DNA from: Centroscyllium fabricii
Lineage: Eukaryota
NCBI GenBank assembly: GCA_051313645.2
Contig: JBNRSN020000004.1
Span: 30,442,001 to 30,506,000, forward strand
Length of the DNA: 64,000 bases
Direction of reading: 5' to 3'
Positions 13,740 to 24,964 of the stretch are shown here, in pieces. The position numbers were made by a program, and so were the translations under genes. The notes beneath the pieces were generated by a model that did not search any database, had not been told where the DNA came from, and was given only the letters and a program-made list of their open reading frames with translations. Numbering within the stretch: the stretch's first letter is position 1; the number at the start of each line of letters is the position of its first letter.

Positions 13740-13988
13740 TGTGGTAAACCACTGTTGTATATATTTGCCTCTTGCCTGTATGTATACATGCCCGGGCATG
13801 CCTGAAGCTGACTCCGCCCCAGCCTACCTGATATAGGCCCAAGCTCTGGGAGCCTGGCTCACGACAAGGAGTCGCCAGTCAGTCTAAGGATGTTCCAGGG
13901 TTAATAGTGAATAAAAGCCTCAGTTGTATTCTCAGCCTCGTCAAGTATAATTGATCGCGCATCAATTTTATTCGCTAAGAGTTTTGAG

Positions 13989-14871
13989 ATGGACGCTCTC
14001 CTGAAGCTATCCACCCTGGAACTCGACCCGAGCGCACCAGAGGCGCCGAGCAGCTTCTCCCACTGGCTAACCTGCTTCGAGGGATTCCTGACGACCTCCG
14101 CCAGCACTGTCCAGATGGACGCCCAGAAACTCTTGCTTCTGCAGTCACGGCTCCATCACCAGGTGTTTCAACTCATCAAGGGAACAACCTCCTACACATC
14201 CATGATGGCCCTCCTCAAGGAGCAGTACGAGCGGCCGACTAACACGGTTTACGCCAGGCACCTCCTGCTGACTCGCAAACAACGGCCCGGGGTGGGTTTC
14301 GCTGGCTTTGTGCGGACTGACGGAGCTCAGCAGAACCAGCAACTGCGAAACGGCCTCGGCAGAAGAGCACAGGGAGCCGTGAGTCCGGGACGCCATCGTC
14401 GCAGGCGTACAATCGGACTACACCCGGTAGAGCCTGCTGGAACTGGGGAAACTGTCCCTGAAGAAGGCCAAAGACATCGGACTCGCACGGGCTGATCGGA
14501 GAATGGAATCGTACGCACACATGGCCGCCCCATGGACCTCGCGGGAGCCGCCAGCTTGGAACACGCCAGGCCCGACGCCTTAAGCCGCGCCACCTTCGCC
14601 TCACCCCGTGAACGGCCCGACCACTGCGGCAGTGCCCCGGAGCCAGAAGTGCTATTTCTGTGGCCAAGTGAAGCACTCCAGACAGTGCTGTACGGCGAAG
14701 GACGCTACATGCACGCGTTGCCAGAAGAAGGGACACTACGCGAGCGTCTGCAAGTCATCCCCCAGGCCCTGCAGCGCTGCGTGCGAACCGACCTCGCGGC
14801 CATCTTGGACAACCCCCACCATGTGCGACTCATGGAAGCAGCCATCTTGGATGCCTGCAGCCACGGACTGA
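13989..14871 (+). pseudogene. Gypsy gag, frameshifted, with Cys/His zinc knuckles
   Basis: ATG at 13989; reading frame split across ORFs; knuckles CYFCGQVKHSRQCC and CTRCQKKGHYASVC. Confidence 0.85.
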
Positions 14872-14928
14872 CCCGGCTCCCCGACTGACTGCGATGAGCC
14901 ACCAGCTCCGGTACTGGCTTCCGTTACC

Positions 14929-17724
14929 TTGGACCAGTCCGGGCCCCACCACCTCACGAAGTCGATGATGGACATTAAGGGAAACGGCTGCGCCACGAAC
15001 TGCCTGTTTGACTTGGGGAGCACGGCAAGCTTTATCCACCCCAATACGGTGCGCCGCCTCTCACTCTCCACTCAGCCCATGCACCAGCGCATCTCCCTCG
15101 CTTCCAAATCCCAGACCGCGGACGTCGGCGGTTACTGCGTAGTAACCCTGTCGGTGAGCGGCGCAATGTACAAGGATTTCAAACTCCCGGTCCTACCCAA
15201 CCTCTGCGCGGCCATCCTCCTGGGGTTAGACATCCAAACCTACCTTAATAGTGTTACAATGGCGTACGGGGGGCCCCTCCCCCACCTCACTGCCTGCAAC
15301 CAGAAGCCATCAAACCGCCCACCGCGCGCCGTCTGCAGCCTCTCGACCCTCAAGGTTGCCCCTCCCCCACTGTTCGCTAACCTCACCCCAGACTGTAAAC
15401 CCATAGCCACTAAGAGCAGGAGATACAGTGCTGGGGACAGGGCTTTCATCAAGCCCGAGGTACAGCGGCTCCTGAAGGAGGGGGTGATTGAGGCTAGCAC
15501 CAGCCCCTGGAGGGCCCAAATAGTTGTTAAGACCAGTGAAAAGAACCGATTAGTTATCGACTACGGCCAGACCATCAACCGCTTTACGCAGTTGGACGCG
15601 TACCCCCTCCCCCGCATATCTGACATGGTCAATCAGATTGCTCAGTACAAGGTGTTCTCCACCATTGACCTGAAGTCGGCTTATCACCAACTCCCCATTC
15701 ACCCTGCGGACCGCCGCTATACTGCCTTCGAGGCTAACGGCCGCCTCTACCACTTCCTCAGGGTCCCCTTCGGGGTCACCAATGGCGTCTCGGTTTTCCA
15801 ACGGGAGATGGACCGTATGGTTGACCAGCACGGGCTGCTGGCCACGTTCCTGTACCTAGACAACGTAACCATCTGCGGCCATGACCTGCAGGACCAGGAC
15901 GCCAAGCTGGAAAAATTTCTTCACACGGCCCAACTCCTTAACCTCACCTATAACAAGGAGAAATGTATGTTCCGCACAACACGCCTTGCTATTCTTGGCT
16001 GTGTCGTGGAAAACAGGGTCATCGGCCCCGACCCAGACCGCATGCGCCCCCTCATGGAACTCCCCCTCCCCCACTGCCAAAACGCCCTGCGAAGATGCCT
16101 GGGCTTCTTCTCCTACTACGCCCAGTGGGTCCCTAACTTTGCGGACAAGGCCTGCCCGCTCTTTAAGTCCACCTCCTTTCCCCTAACGACGGAGGCCCGT
16201 ATGGCCTTCGACCGCATCAAGCGGGACATCGCTAAGGCCACCATGCACGCGGTGGACGAAACCGCCACATTTCAGGTGGAGAGCGATGCGTCCGATTTTG
16301 CTCTGGCCGCCACCCTTAACCAGGCGGGCAGACCCGTGGCCTTCTCCTCACGAACCCTCCAAGGCCCCGAGACTAGACACTCCTCTGTCGAGAAGGAGGC
16401 CCAGGCCATAGTGGAAGCTGTGCGCCACTGGAGGCATTACCTGGCCGGTCAACGGTTTACCCTGCTCACCGACCAGCGCTCAGTTGCTTTTACGTTCAGC
16501 AACAAGCAGCGGGGTAAAATCAAAAACGACAAGATATTGAGGTGGAGAATTGAACTCTCCACCTACAACTATGATATCTTGTACTGGCCCGGGAAGCTCA
16601 ACGAGCCACCAGACGCCCTCTCCCGGGGAACATGCGCCAGCGTGCAGGTGGATCGACTGCGGTCCCTCCACAACGACCTCTGCCACCCGGGCGTCACCCG
16701 GATCTTCCATTTTGTCAAGGCCCGCAACCTGCCCTACTCCATCGAGGAGGTCAGGACCATGACCAGGGATTGCCAGGTCTGCGCAGAGTGCAAATCGCAC
16801 TTTTACAGGCCAGACAGGGCACAACTGATCAAGGCCACCTGTCCCTTCGAGCGCCTCAGCATCAATTTCAAGGGACCCCTCCCCTCCCCCGACCGCAACG
16901 TGTACTTCCTCACTATTATTGACGAGCACTCACGTTTCCCCGTCGCCAGCCCCTGCCCTGACATGACCTCGGCCACAGTCACCAAGGCCCTGCACAATCT
17001 CTTCGCCCTGTTCGGGTTCCCCAGCTACATCCATAGCGACCGGGGTTCCTCATTTATGAGCGACGAGCTGCGACAGTATCTGCTCGCTAGAGGAGTCGTC
17101 ACGAGCAGGACTACCAGCTACAACCCCTGCGGAAACGGACAGGTGGAGAGGGAGAACGCTACAGTCTGGAAGGCCACCCTGTTAGCCCTAAAGTCCAGGG
17201 GCCTTCCAGTCTCGCGCTGGCAAGACGTTCTCCCGGATGCACTCCATGCTATCCGGTCTCTTCTCTGCACTGCCATAAACGCCACCCCTCATGAAAAAAT
17301 GTTTGTCTTCCCCAGGAAGTCCACATCGGGGACATCGCCCCCATCTTGGCCGACGTCCCCAAGGGTCGTCTTGCTCCGGAAACACGTCAGGAGCCATAAG
17401 GCAGACCCCCTCGTCGAAAGAGTCCAACTCCTCCACGCGAACCCCCAATACGCCTACATTGCGTATCCGGACTGGCGGGAGGACACCGTCTCTATTAGGG
17501 ACCTCGCCCCCTCGGGTGCCCCCGATGCTGCTGAGCCCCGCCCCCCCCCTTTGCAACCCACCACCCCCCGCGAGGCGCCTGCGTCCGATCTTTCTCCCCT
17601 AGCCCCTGTACACTGCGCGCCGGATCCAAGGGCCCAGCCGCCGACCGCCCCGTACGGACGAAGACGTGGAACCAGCACCGCAGCCGGAGCCACAACGATC
17701 ACAGAGGCATACCAGACCTCCTGA
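14929..17724 (+). CDS. Gypsy pol polyprotein (protease, RT, RNase H, integrase), 931-aa open frame
   Basis: LFDLGS protease, FLRVPFG...YLDN RT, ESDASD/EKEA/TDQ RNase H, HPG..CQVC and SDRGSSF..NGQVER integrase. Confidence 0.92.
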   Translation: MDQSGPHHLTKSMMDIKGNGCATNCLFDLGSTASFIHPNTVRRLSLSTQPMHQRISLASKSQTADVGGYCVVTLSVSGAMYKDFKLPVLPNLCAAILLGLDIQTYLNSVTMAYGGPLPHLTACNQKPSNRPPRAVCSLSTLKVAPPPLFANLTPDCKPIATKSRRYSAGDRAFIKPEVQRLLKEGVIEASTSPWRAQIVVKTSEKNRLVIDYGQTINRFTQLDAYPLPRISDMVNQIAQYKVFSTIDLKSAYHQLPIHPADRRYTAFEANGRLYHFLRVPFGVTNGVSVFQREMDRMVDQHGLLATFLYLDNVTICGHDLQDQDAKLEKFLHTAQLLNLTYNKEKCMFRTTRLAILGCVVENRVIGPDPDRMRPLMELPLPHCQNALRRCLGFFSYYAQWVPNFADKACPLFKSTSFPLTTEARMAFDRIKRDIAKATMHAVDETATFQVESDASDFALAATLNQAGRPVAFSSRTLQGPETRHSSVEKEAQAIVEAVRHWRHYLAGQRFTLLTDQRSVAFTFSNKQRGKIKNDKILRWRIELSTYNYDILYWPGKLNEPPDALSRGTCASVQVDRLRSLHNDLCHPGVTRIFHFVKARNLPYSIEEVRTMTRDCQVCAECKSHFYRPDRAQLIKATCPFERLSINFKGPLPSPDRNVYFLTIIDEHSRFPVASPCPDMTSATVTKALHNLFALFGFPSYIHSDRGSSFMSDELRQYLLARGVVTSRTTSYNPCGNGQVERENATVWKATLLALKSRGLPVSRWQDVLPDALHAIRSLLCTAINATPHEKMFVFPRKSTSGTSPPSWPTSPRVVLLRKHVRSHKADPLVERVQLLHANPQYAYIAYPDWREDTVSIRDLAPSGAPDAAEPRPPPLQPTTPREAPASDLSPLAPVHCAPDPRAQPPTAPYGRRRGTSTAAGATTITEAYQTS

Positions 17725-18288
17725 AAGACTCATGTACACTTGACCTTGTCTCACTTCACCCCGCTGGACTCATTTTTAAAGAAGGGGTGAATGTGGTAAA
17801 CCACTGTTGTATATAGTTGCCTCTTGCCTGTATGTATACATGCCCGGGCATGCCTGAAGCTGACTCCGCCCTAGCCTACCTGATATAGGCCCAAGCTCTG
17901 GGAGCCTGGCTCACTACAAGGAGTCGCCAGTCAGTCTAAGGATGTTCCAGGGTTCTTAGTGAATAAAAGCCTCAGTTGTATTCTCAACCTCGTCGAGTAT
18001 AATAGATCGCGCATCACTTTTATAATGGACTCTCGCATTTTCCCCACTACCGATGTCAGGCTTACCGGGCATGAGAGGGTATAGAATGTTTTACAAAAAT
18101 AGAATGGTGAATCTAGGAGTGGTGATGCTGGGAAAGGGGGACATTTAGCTTGCATGCCATCACTCTTGTGTATCATATCTAACTAATTTCTCTAAATTAA
18201 GTAGATTTTCTTCCCGATCGAAAAGCCCATTTTCCTATAGGACGAGTTCCTACAAAAGAAAATATGTTCCAACACATGAAATCTTTAC

Positions 18289-18400
18289 CTGTTCATCACT
18301 ATTGGCGGCATTCCTAAATTACTTTGGGCCATAACTCTGTTGATTCCTTTTAAGGCTACCATTTTTGCTTTCATTATAGGATCAGTAATTGCATCAAAAT
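18289..18400 (-). CDS. KMT2C: KMT2C exon: DFDAITDPIMKAKMVALKGINRVMAQSNLGMPPIVMN(R)
   Basis: tgcAG acceptor, GTAAAG donor, 112 nt, phases match neighbours. Confidence 0.95.
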
Positions 18401-19059
18401 CTGCAAAACAATGCAAGAACATTTAATATAATTATTCAACAGAAACATTTTTACATTAGTACAAGTACATAAAGTAACGGCCATTCTTATTTTTGTCCTC
18501 AAAAGGGCTCTTGAAGGAATAATTAGGCTTCAACACCTAAGCAAATGCCGATCCACTTAGGGGCCATGATCAGTATCTGTATCAGATACATTATAATTTC
18601 CTTCTCTCTCCAAAATGGAATGTTCTTCCAGTGTGACGTGCATGTTATTGGTATACTTCAATACTGATCATGCGAATTATTTCTGATTGCTGAGTGGGTA
18701 ACTGTGCCACACAGTACAGCAATCAGCCATACAGTCAAGGCTGGTCTTAAGGTATGTGCAGTGTTAAGGCACATTAACCTCACGAGTGGCCTCGAACGCG
18801 GGAAGCTGGACCTCACACTACAACGCCATTTCTCAAAAAGTGAACAATCCGACTTGCACAGACCTAATGGCAGTGCCGACCCCAAACTTTCATGGATCTA
18901 GCATTTTGTCACCATATCAACTGCCTTCTGGTCCGGTAGCCCTGTTGATCTGACTCAGTATGTCAGTGTGCTTGTGTTGCACATCAAGCAGGGGGACTAC
19001 GTGGATCCAGTAAATTAATTCCAACATGTTAAAGCAAGTACTGAAAAATAAAATCCACA

Positions 19060-20452
19060 AAATATTGGAAAATAAGTGTTTAAATGTGGTAGAGGAACAG
19101 AGGAATCTGGGGATACAGATCACTAAAAGTAGCACTGCAGGTTAATAAGGCCATTAAAAAAGCTGGGGTTCATTACGAGGGGGCTAGAATTGAAAATCAG
19201 CCGTTTTTTTTGTTTTTTTTAAATTCGTTGATGGGATGTGGGCGTCGCTGGCTGGCTAGGCCCATCCCTAATTGCCCTTGAGAAGATGATGGTGAGCCGC
19301 CTTCTTGAACCACTGCAGTCCATATGGTGTAGGTACACCCACAATGTTGCATAGCGGTTGTTTATAGCGGAGTGGCTCGCTAGGCCATTACGAATCAACC
19401 ACATTGCTGTGGGTCTGGAGTCACGGGCGGCACGGTGGCATAGTGGTTAGCACTGTTGCCTCACAGCGCTAGGGGCCCGGGTTCAAATCCAGCCTCGGGT
19501 ACTATCTGTGTGGAGTTTGCACATTCTCCCCGTGTCTGCGTGGGTTTCCTCCGGGTGCTCCGGTTTCCTCCCACAGTCCAAAGATGTGCGGGTTAGGTTG
19601 ATTGGCCAGGATAAATTGACCCTTAGTGTTAGGGGGATTGAATATGTGGGGTTACGGGGATAGGGTGGGATATGTGTCGGTGCAGGCTCGATAGGGATCG
19701 AGGGATATGGGGAGAGGGCAGGGGCGGGGTACTGGGTTTGGATGATCAGCCATGATCTCACTGAATGGCGGAGCAGGCTCAAAGGGCCAAATGGCCGAAA
19801 CCTGCTCCTATCTTCTATGTTTCTACATGTTGGCCAGATTTCCTTCCCTAAAGGACATTAGTGACATAACCACTACACCACCGCCTCCCCGTTATGTTGA
19901 ACTTCTATAGAACCTTGGTTAGATCATATGATACTGTGAACAGTTCTGGTCCGCACATTATAAAAGGATAGAGAGGCCCTTGGAGAAGGTGCAAAAACAA
20001 TTTAACTAGAATGATACCAGAACTGAGAGGCTATAACTATCAGGAAAGATTGAACAGGCTGGGTCTCCTTTCTCCAGAAAAGAAGAGACTGAGGGGTGAC
20101 CTGATAAAGGTCTTCAAGATTATGAAAGGGTTTGATAGGGTAGACGTAGAGATGTTTCCACTTGCAGGCGAGACCAGAACTAAGGGCCATAAATATAAGA
20201 CAATCACTAATAAATCCATTAGGGAACTCAGGAGCAACATCTTTATCCAGAGAGTGGTTAGAATGTGGAACTTGCTACCATAAGGAGTTGCTGAGGCGAA
20301 CAGCGTAGATGCATTCAAGGGGTAGCTAGACAAGCACATGTGCAAGAAAGGAATCGAAGGATATGTTGATGGGGGTGGATAAGGAGGGCTGGGCGGAGGC
20401 TCAGGTGGAGCATAAGCCTGTTGGAATGAATGGAGTGTTTGTGCTGTAAATA
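19060..20452 (+). mobile_element. CR1 LINE 3' part, interrupted by a tRNA-SINE (-, about 19203-19890) and ending across the MITE at 20453
   Basis: ORF 20011-20283 (ERLNRLGL...TKGHKYK). The tail gtgctgtaaata resumes as ctttgtaat after 21587. Confidence 0.8.
19424..19826 (+). mobile_element. HE1-like V-SINE with extended CR1 tail, nested inside another SINE
   Basis: gggcggcacggtggcatagtggttagc A box, gggttcaaatcc B box, V-domain gtgtctgcgtgggtttcctccgggtgctccggtttcctcccac. Confidence 0.9.
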
Positions 20453-21585
20453 CAGGTTGAGCACCGTTAATCCGGCACCCTCGGGACCACTGAAAATTCC
20501 AAACCACTGAAGTTTGTAGAACACTCCCCGGGGCCCGGAGCGCGCGGGTAGAACACTCCCCGGGGCCCGGAGCGCGCGGATACAACACTCCCCGGGGCCC
20601 GGAGCGCGCAGGTAGAACACTCCCCGGGGCCCGGAGCGCGCGGGTAGAACACTCCCCGGGGCCCGGAGCGCGCGGGTAGAACACTCCCCGGGGCCCGGAG
20701 CGCGCGGGTAGAACACTCCCCGGGGCCCGGAGCGCGCGGGTAGAACACTCCCCGGGGCCCGGAGCGCGCGGGTAGAACACTCCCCGGGGCCCGGAGCGCA
20801 CGGGTAGAACACTCCCCGGGGCCCGGAGCGCGCGGGTAGAACACTCCCCGGGGCCCGGAGCGCGCGGGTATAACACTCCCCGGGGCCCGGAGCGCGCGGG
20901 TAGAACACTCCCCGGGGCCCGGAGCGCGCGGATACAACACTCCCCGGGGCCCGGAGCGCGCGGGTAGAACACTCCCCGGGGCCCGGAGCGCGCGGGTAGA
21001 ACACTCCCCGGGGCCCGGAGCGCGCGGGTAGAACACTCCCCGGGGCCCGGAGCGCGCGGGTAGAACACTCCCCGGGGCCCGGAGCGCGCGGGTAGAACAC
21101 TCCCCGGGGCCCGGAGCGCGCGGGTAGAACACTCCCCGGGGCCCGGAGCGCGCGGGTAGAACACTCCCCGGGGCCCGGAGCGCGCGGGTAGAACACTCCC
21201 CGGGGCCCGGAGCGCGCGGGTAGAACACTCCCCGGGGCCCGGAGCGCGCGGGTAGAACACTCCCCGGGGCCCGGAGCGCGCGGGTAGAACACTCCCCGGG
21301 GCCCGGAGCGCGCGGGTAGAACACTCTCCGGGGCCCGGAGCACGCGGGTATAACACTCCCCGGGGCCCGGAGCGCGCGGGTTGAACACTCCCCGGGAGGG
21401 AGCCCGGGGATAGAACACTTAGAAAACCTAAAAAACCAGAAACCCAAATGCCAGACGCCTTCGGCGCTCGCTCACCCTTCCCGGGAAACGGCGGCGCTGC
21501 CAAGCGGCTGCTCCGCAAAATGAAGAGCGCCAGTTTCAATTCGTGCCGGATTACTGAAGCTGCCGGATTACCGGTGCGCAACCTG
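20453..21585. mobile_element. Tigger/pogo-like MITE, copy 2, carrying a CpG minisatellite
   Basis: TA|CAGGTTGAGCACCGTTAATCCGGCA...TGCCGGATTACCGGTGCGCAACCTG|TA. Confidence 0.88.
20516..21415. repeat. 32-bp GC-rich minisatellite (GGGTAGAACACTCCCCGGGGCCCGGAGCGCGC)n, about 27 copies
   Basis: Period of 32 measured directly (20521 to 20553); units are highly homogeneous. Confidence 0.97.
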
Positions 21586-21696
21586 TACTTTGTAATTGCT
21601 TTAAAAAAAGTCCATTCTCAGTATTTTTTTTAACAAATAATGACAAACAACTCTCCAAGTCTCCTGGAATATTTGCCCTTGCTTATATTTACATTG

Positions 21697-21700
21697 TATG

Positions 21701-21751
<51 letters not shown>

Positions 21752-21752
21752 C
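21697..21752. repeat. (TA)n microsatellite
   Basis: Read directly. Confidence 0.9.
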
Positions 21753-21882
21753 ACACATATGTATTAAATATCTTTGTACTATATTTGGCTTTATTTACCA
21801 TATATTAATAAAAGATAAATAGTCTAATAATGTTTTCAAATTTTACAAAGATGTCTCAAGCTGTATTTTATTTTCATATGTA

Positions 21883-22372
21883 CAGGTTGAGCACCAGTAA
21901 TCCGTTACCCGAAATGCCGGCAACTTCAGTGGTCTGGTATAAATCGCCCCGACTGCCCTGCGCATGCGCATAATGGCAGCCGCGATCGAGGCTTCGGCGA
22001 ATGATCTGCGCATGCGCCGCCGGACGGCGAGCACATGCACAGATCATTCAAAAATGGCCACCGGACGAGTCGGGCGTTCCGTGACGTCAGGGCTCGGCGG
22101 CTCGCGCCGCATTTTGAATGTGCGAGTCCCGAGTGCCCGCCATGGTGAAGCGCGCGGTTCCCCGGAGCAGCCTGCAGACCGTCATCAGACGGCACAAACC
22201 GCAGCTGAGACTCAGCAAGGACGTTCGGTGGCCATTTCCAATGTTGTGCGCATGCGCGTGGCCATTTTGAATGGTGCGTGCATGCGCACTGCCAGACTTC
22301 ATTCTGCCGGTTTTTTCACTTTCCCGGCACGGGCCTGGTCCCGCCCGCGCCGGATTACCGGTGTTCAACCTG
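21883..22372. mobile_element. Tigger/pogo-like MITE, copy 3
   Basis: TA|CAGGTTGAGCACCAGTAATCCG...CGGATTACCGGTGTTCAACCTG|TA; several GCGCATGCGC motifs. Confidence 0.88.
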
Positions 22373-24584
22373 TATAAACCATTGCTCTTAGGGCTATAAA
22401 TAAACCCAACTCCCTCTGGTCCACTCAGTTCCAATATACAAGTAACCAACCAGCGTCGCCTCCTCCTTTATACCGATAATGCCGTGAATTACTGTATATA
22501 GACCACAACCTGCATTATTCATTGTAAACAACTACCCCCCCCCCCACCCCTCCAAATGTGATCTTACAGGAATATTTCACCTACTGCCATCAACAAGACA
22601 GATACTATTAAAATAGATCATGTACATATATAGATTAAAACACCTGATTTAATACACTTTATGTTGTTAGCTTAACTTTATCAATAAATATTTTTAATAT
22701 ATAAATAAAATATTATGCATACATATAACTTACATATGCATTTATATCACAAATGTTTAATATATATTTATATAATCATGTATGCATCACTGAAGTATTT
22801 ATTTGACTTTACATACAATAGAAAGTTGGAAAAGGTGCCTGTACAGTAGTGCATCAAATCATTTCCTTGTTGCTAACCCTCATGTATGGTTAGAATGTCA
22901 TGAAAAATGTTCCTAACCCAGTGCCTGAATGGGCATGATTGCAACCTGTCCCGATTTGTATGAAAATGTATATGAGGTACTTGAAATGAATATTGTACAT
23001 TAATTTCCAACATGTATCCATGTATTTTTGTTTTATCTGGTTCTAAACCAGCATTTGCCAGAGTTTGTTGTGTGAAGTACAGATTGCCAGCAGGAATGTG
23101 TTGGGCCATCAGTGTGTTGTGACACAGCGATGTTGAACAGACTGCACACATGTGGAATAGCAGGGCTTCGATTTCAGAACTGCCCTCCAATAGACCGGTG
23201 TACAGACTGGATGGAACTAAACAGGAAAAAAAGGAATGCTGGTTGACTGGCATCCGCTCTCCCTGAACCTCATCGGACAGTGAAAGTGCCTTTGGCCATT
23301 TTCAGCTCAGGAAGCTCAACACCACGTAAGAGTAGTCGGCTGGGTTGGGTTCAGTATCCACCCTCTCCATCATGAGTGCACAGTGGCTGCAGGATGTAGA
23401 GGAAACTCTTGTTTAACCGGCACCTAAATATCCAGAGTTCTCTATTAACCGGCAAAATTCTCATCTGAAAACACCTCAATAACCAGCAATGTTGCCGAGT
23501 CCGAGTCTCCTGTGGTGGCCGAGTTAACCAGCGGGGGTAGTTCTCCAAACTGCCATAATCCACATCCATTTAACACAACATTCTGTAGGTGAGTACCCAA
23601 TTACTGTACACTGCACATTTCTTGATTAAAAAAAAAAAAATCTTCGTTAAAAATAGCCCTCGGTAGATAACCCTCTCCGTTATCCGGAATTTTCGATCAA
23701 CCGGCAACACGCCGGTCCCGTATATCAAAGAGTTTGCGACAGCTACCACAAAGGAGGACAGGAGCAGCAATATCATGTGAACACCACCTCCTCAGTGCTT
23801 CCCTCCCAGTCACACACCATCCTGACTGGGACACATAATTCAATTCTTTCACCGTCACTGATCCACGATTCTGGAATTCGCTGTCTAATGCCATCCGGGG
23901 GAGCACCATCCCCGCAAAAGGCGCAGCATCTTCTCAGGGCAACTAAGGATAGGCAATAAAGGCAACTACTTTACCCAGCGTTACTACAGCCGACAACGAA
24001 TAAAATAAAAGCAAGCTGGGATGGCAGGAATACCAACTCAGGAAGAGAGAAGGAAAAAAAGAGAGAAAAAAAAATGACCAGAGACCTCAGTCCTGAGCAC
24101 CGTCTAGCTATTCTCTACTTGAAGTTAGAATCTGGAGCCTGGGAGAACAAAGTATTGGCTTTATTTGTGTTGGTACCCATGGTCAAATAACTCACAGAAA
24201 TGGGCTAGTTTGTATAGTATAAATGGTTACATGGGCACATCGTCAAAGGACTGCTGCGATCCTCTGAACTGCACTCCAGCATAACCTGCCACTCCCAGGA
24301 AAGGAAGGATTAAGAAGAATGCAAGAAGTGCATTTAGAGAGAGACTGGGCACATCTCAGACTTGCCATGTCTCACACGCTTCACATAGTGAACTACCATG
24401 AATTCGCTGAGAAAATCTAAAAGAGCTGAGCAAATTAACTCCAACTTGGACCTAATGAACAATTAGCACTTGGAAATGTTGGGGGTATATTTTAACTATC
24501 GGGGACTCAATTTGTATAGATTAGTGAAGTGAAAAAGAAAACAAGAGGGGCAAAGAGAGGGTGAGAATAGAATGGCAGCTGCTT

Positions 24585-24964
24585 GGGCGGCACGGTGGCA
24601 CAGTGGTTAGCATTGTTGCCTCACAGCACTGGAGACCCGGGTTCAAATCCAGCCTCAGGTACTATCTGTGTGGAGTTTGCACATTCTCCCCGTGTCTGCG
24701 TGGGTTTCCTCCGGGTGCTCCGGTTTCCTCCCACTGTCCAATGATGTGCGGGTTAGGTTGATTGGCCAGGATAAATTGACCCTTAGTGTTAGGGGGATTG
24801 AATATGTGGGGTTACGGGGATAGGGTGGGATATGTGTCGATGCAGGCTCGAGAGGGATTTGGGGAGAGGGCAGGGGCGGGATACTGGGTTTGGATGATCA
24901 GCCATGATCTCATTGAATGGCGGAGCAGGCTCGAAGGGCCTACTCCTGCTCCTAGTTTCTATGT
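24585..24964 (+). mobile_element. HE1-like V-SINE with extended CR1 tail
   Basis: Near-identical to 19424-19826. Confidence 0.9.

Larger units (their letters stand above)
13740..18016 (+). mobile_element. Full-length Ty3/Gypsy LTR retrotransposon
   Basis: 225-bp TG...CA LTRs at 13740-13964 and 17792-18016 (8 differences counted), 5-bp TSD CTTTT, PPT aaagaaggggtgaa, gag and PR-RT-RH-IN order. Confidence 0.96.

Noticed and set aside
15240-17702. Many antisense and alternative-frame ORFs over the Gypsy pol
   Set aside because: Expected shadows of a GC-rich coding sequence; no recognisable domains or env-like features.
20040-21581. Three long overlapping minus-strand ORFs (513, 367 and 326 aa)
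   Set aside because: Artefact of a stop-free 32-bp tandem repeat inside a MITE; open in all three frames with no gene context.
23385-23725. Additional Tigger-like MITE
   Set aside because: Only scattered subterminal-like motifs (ttaaccggca, ttatccggaa); no paired TIRs or TSD could be fixed.
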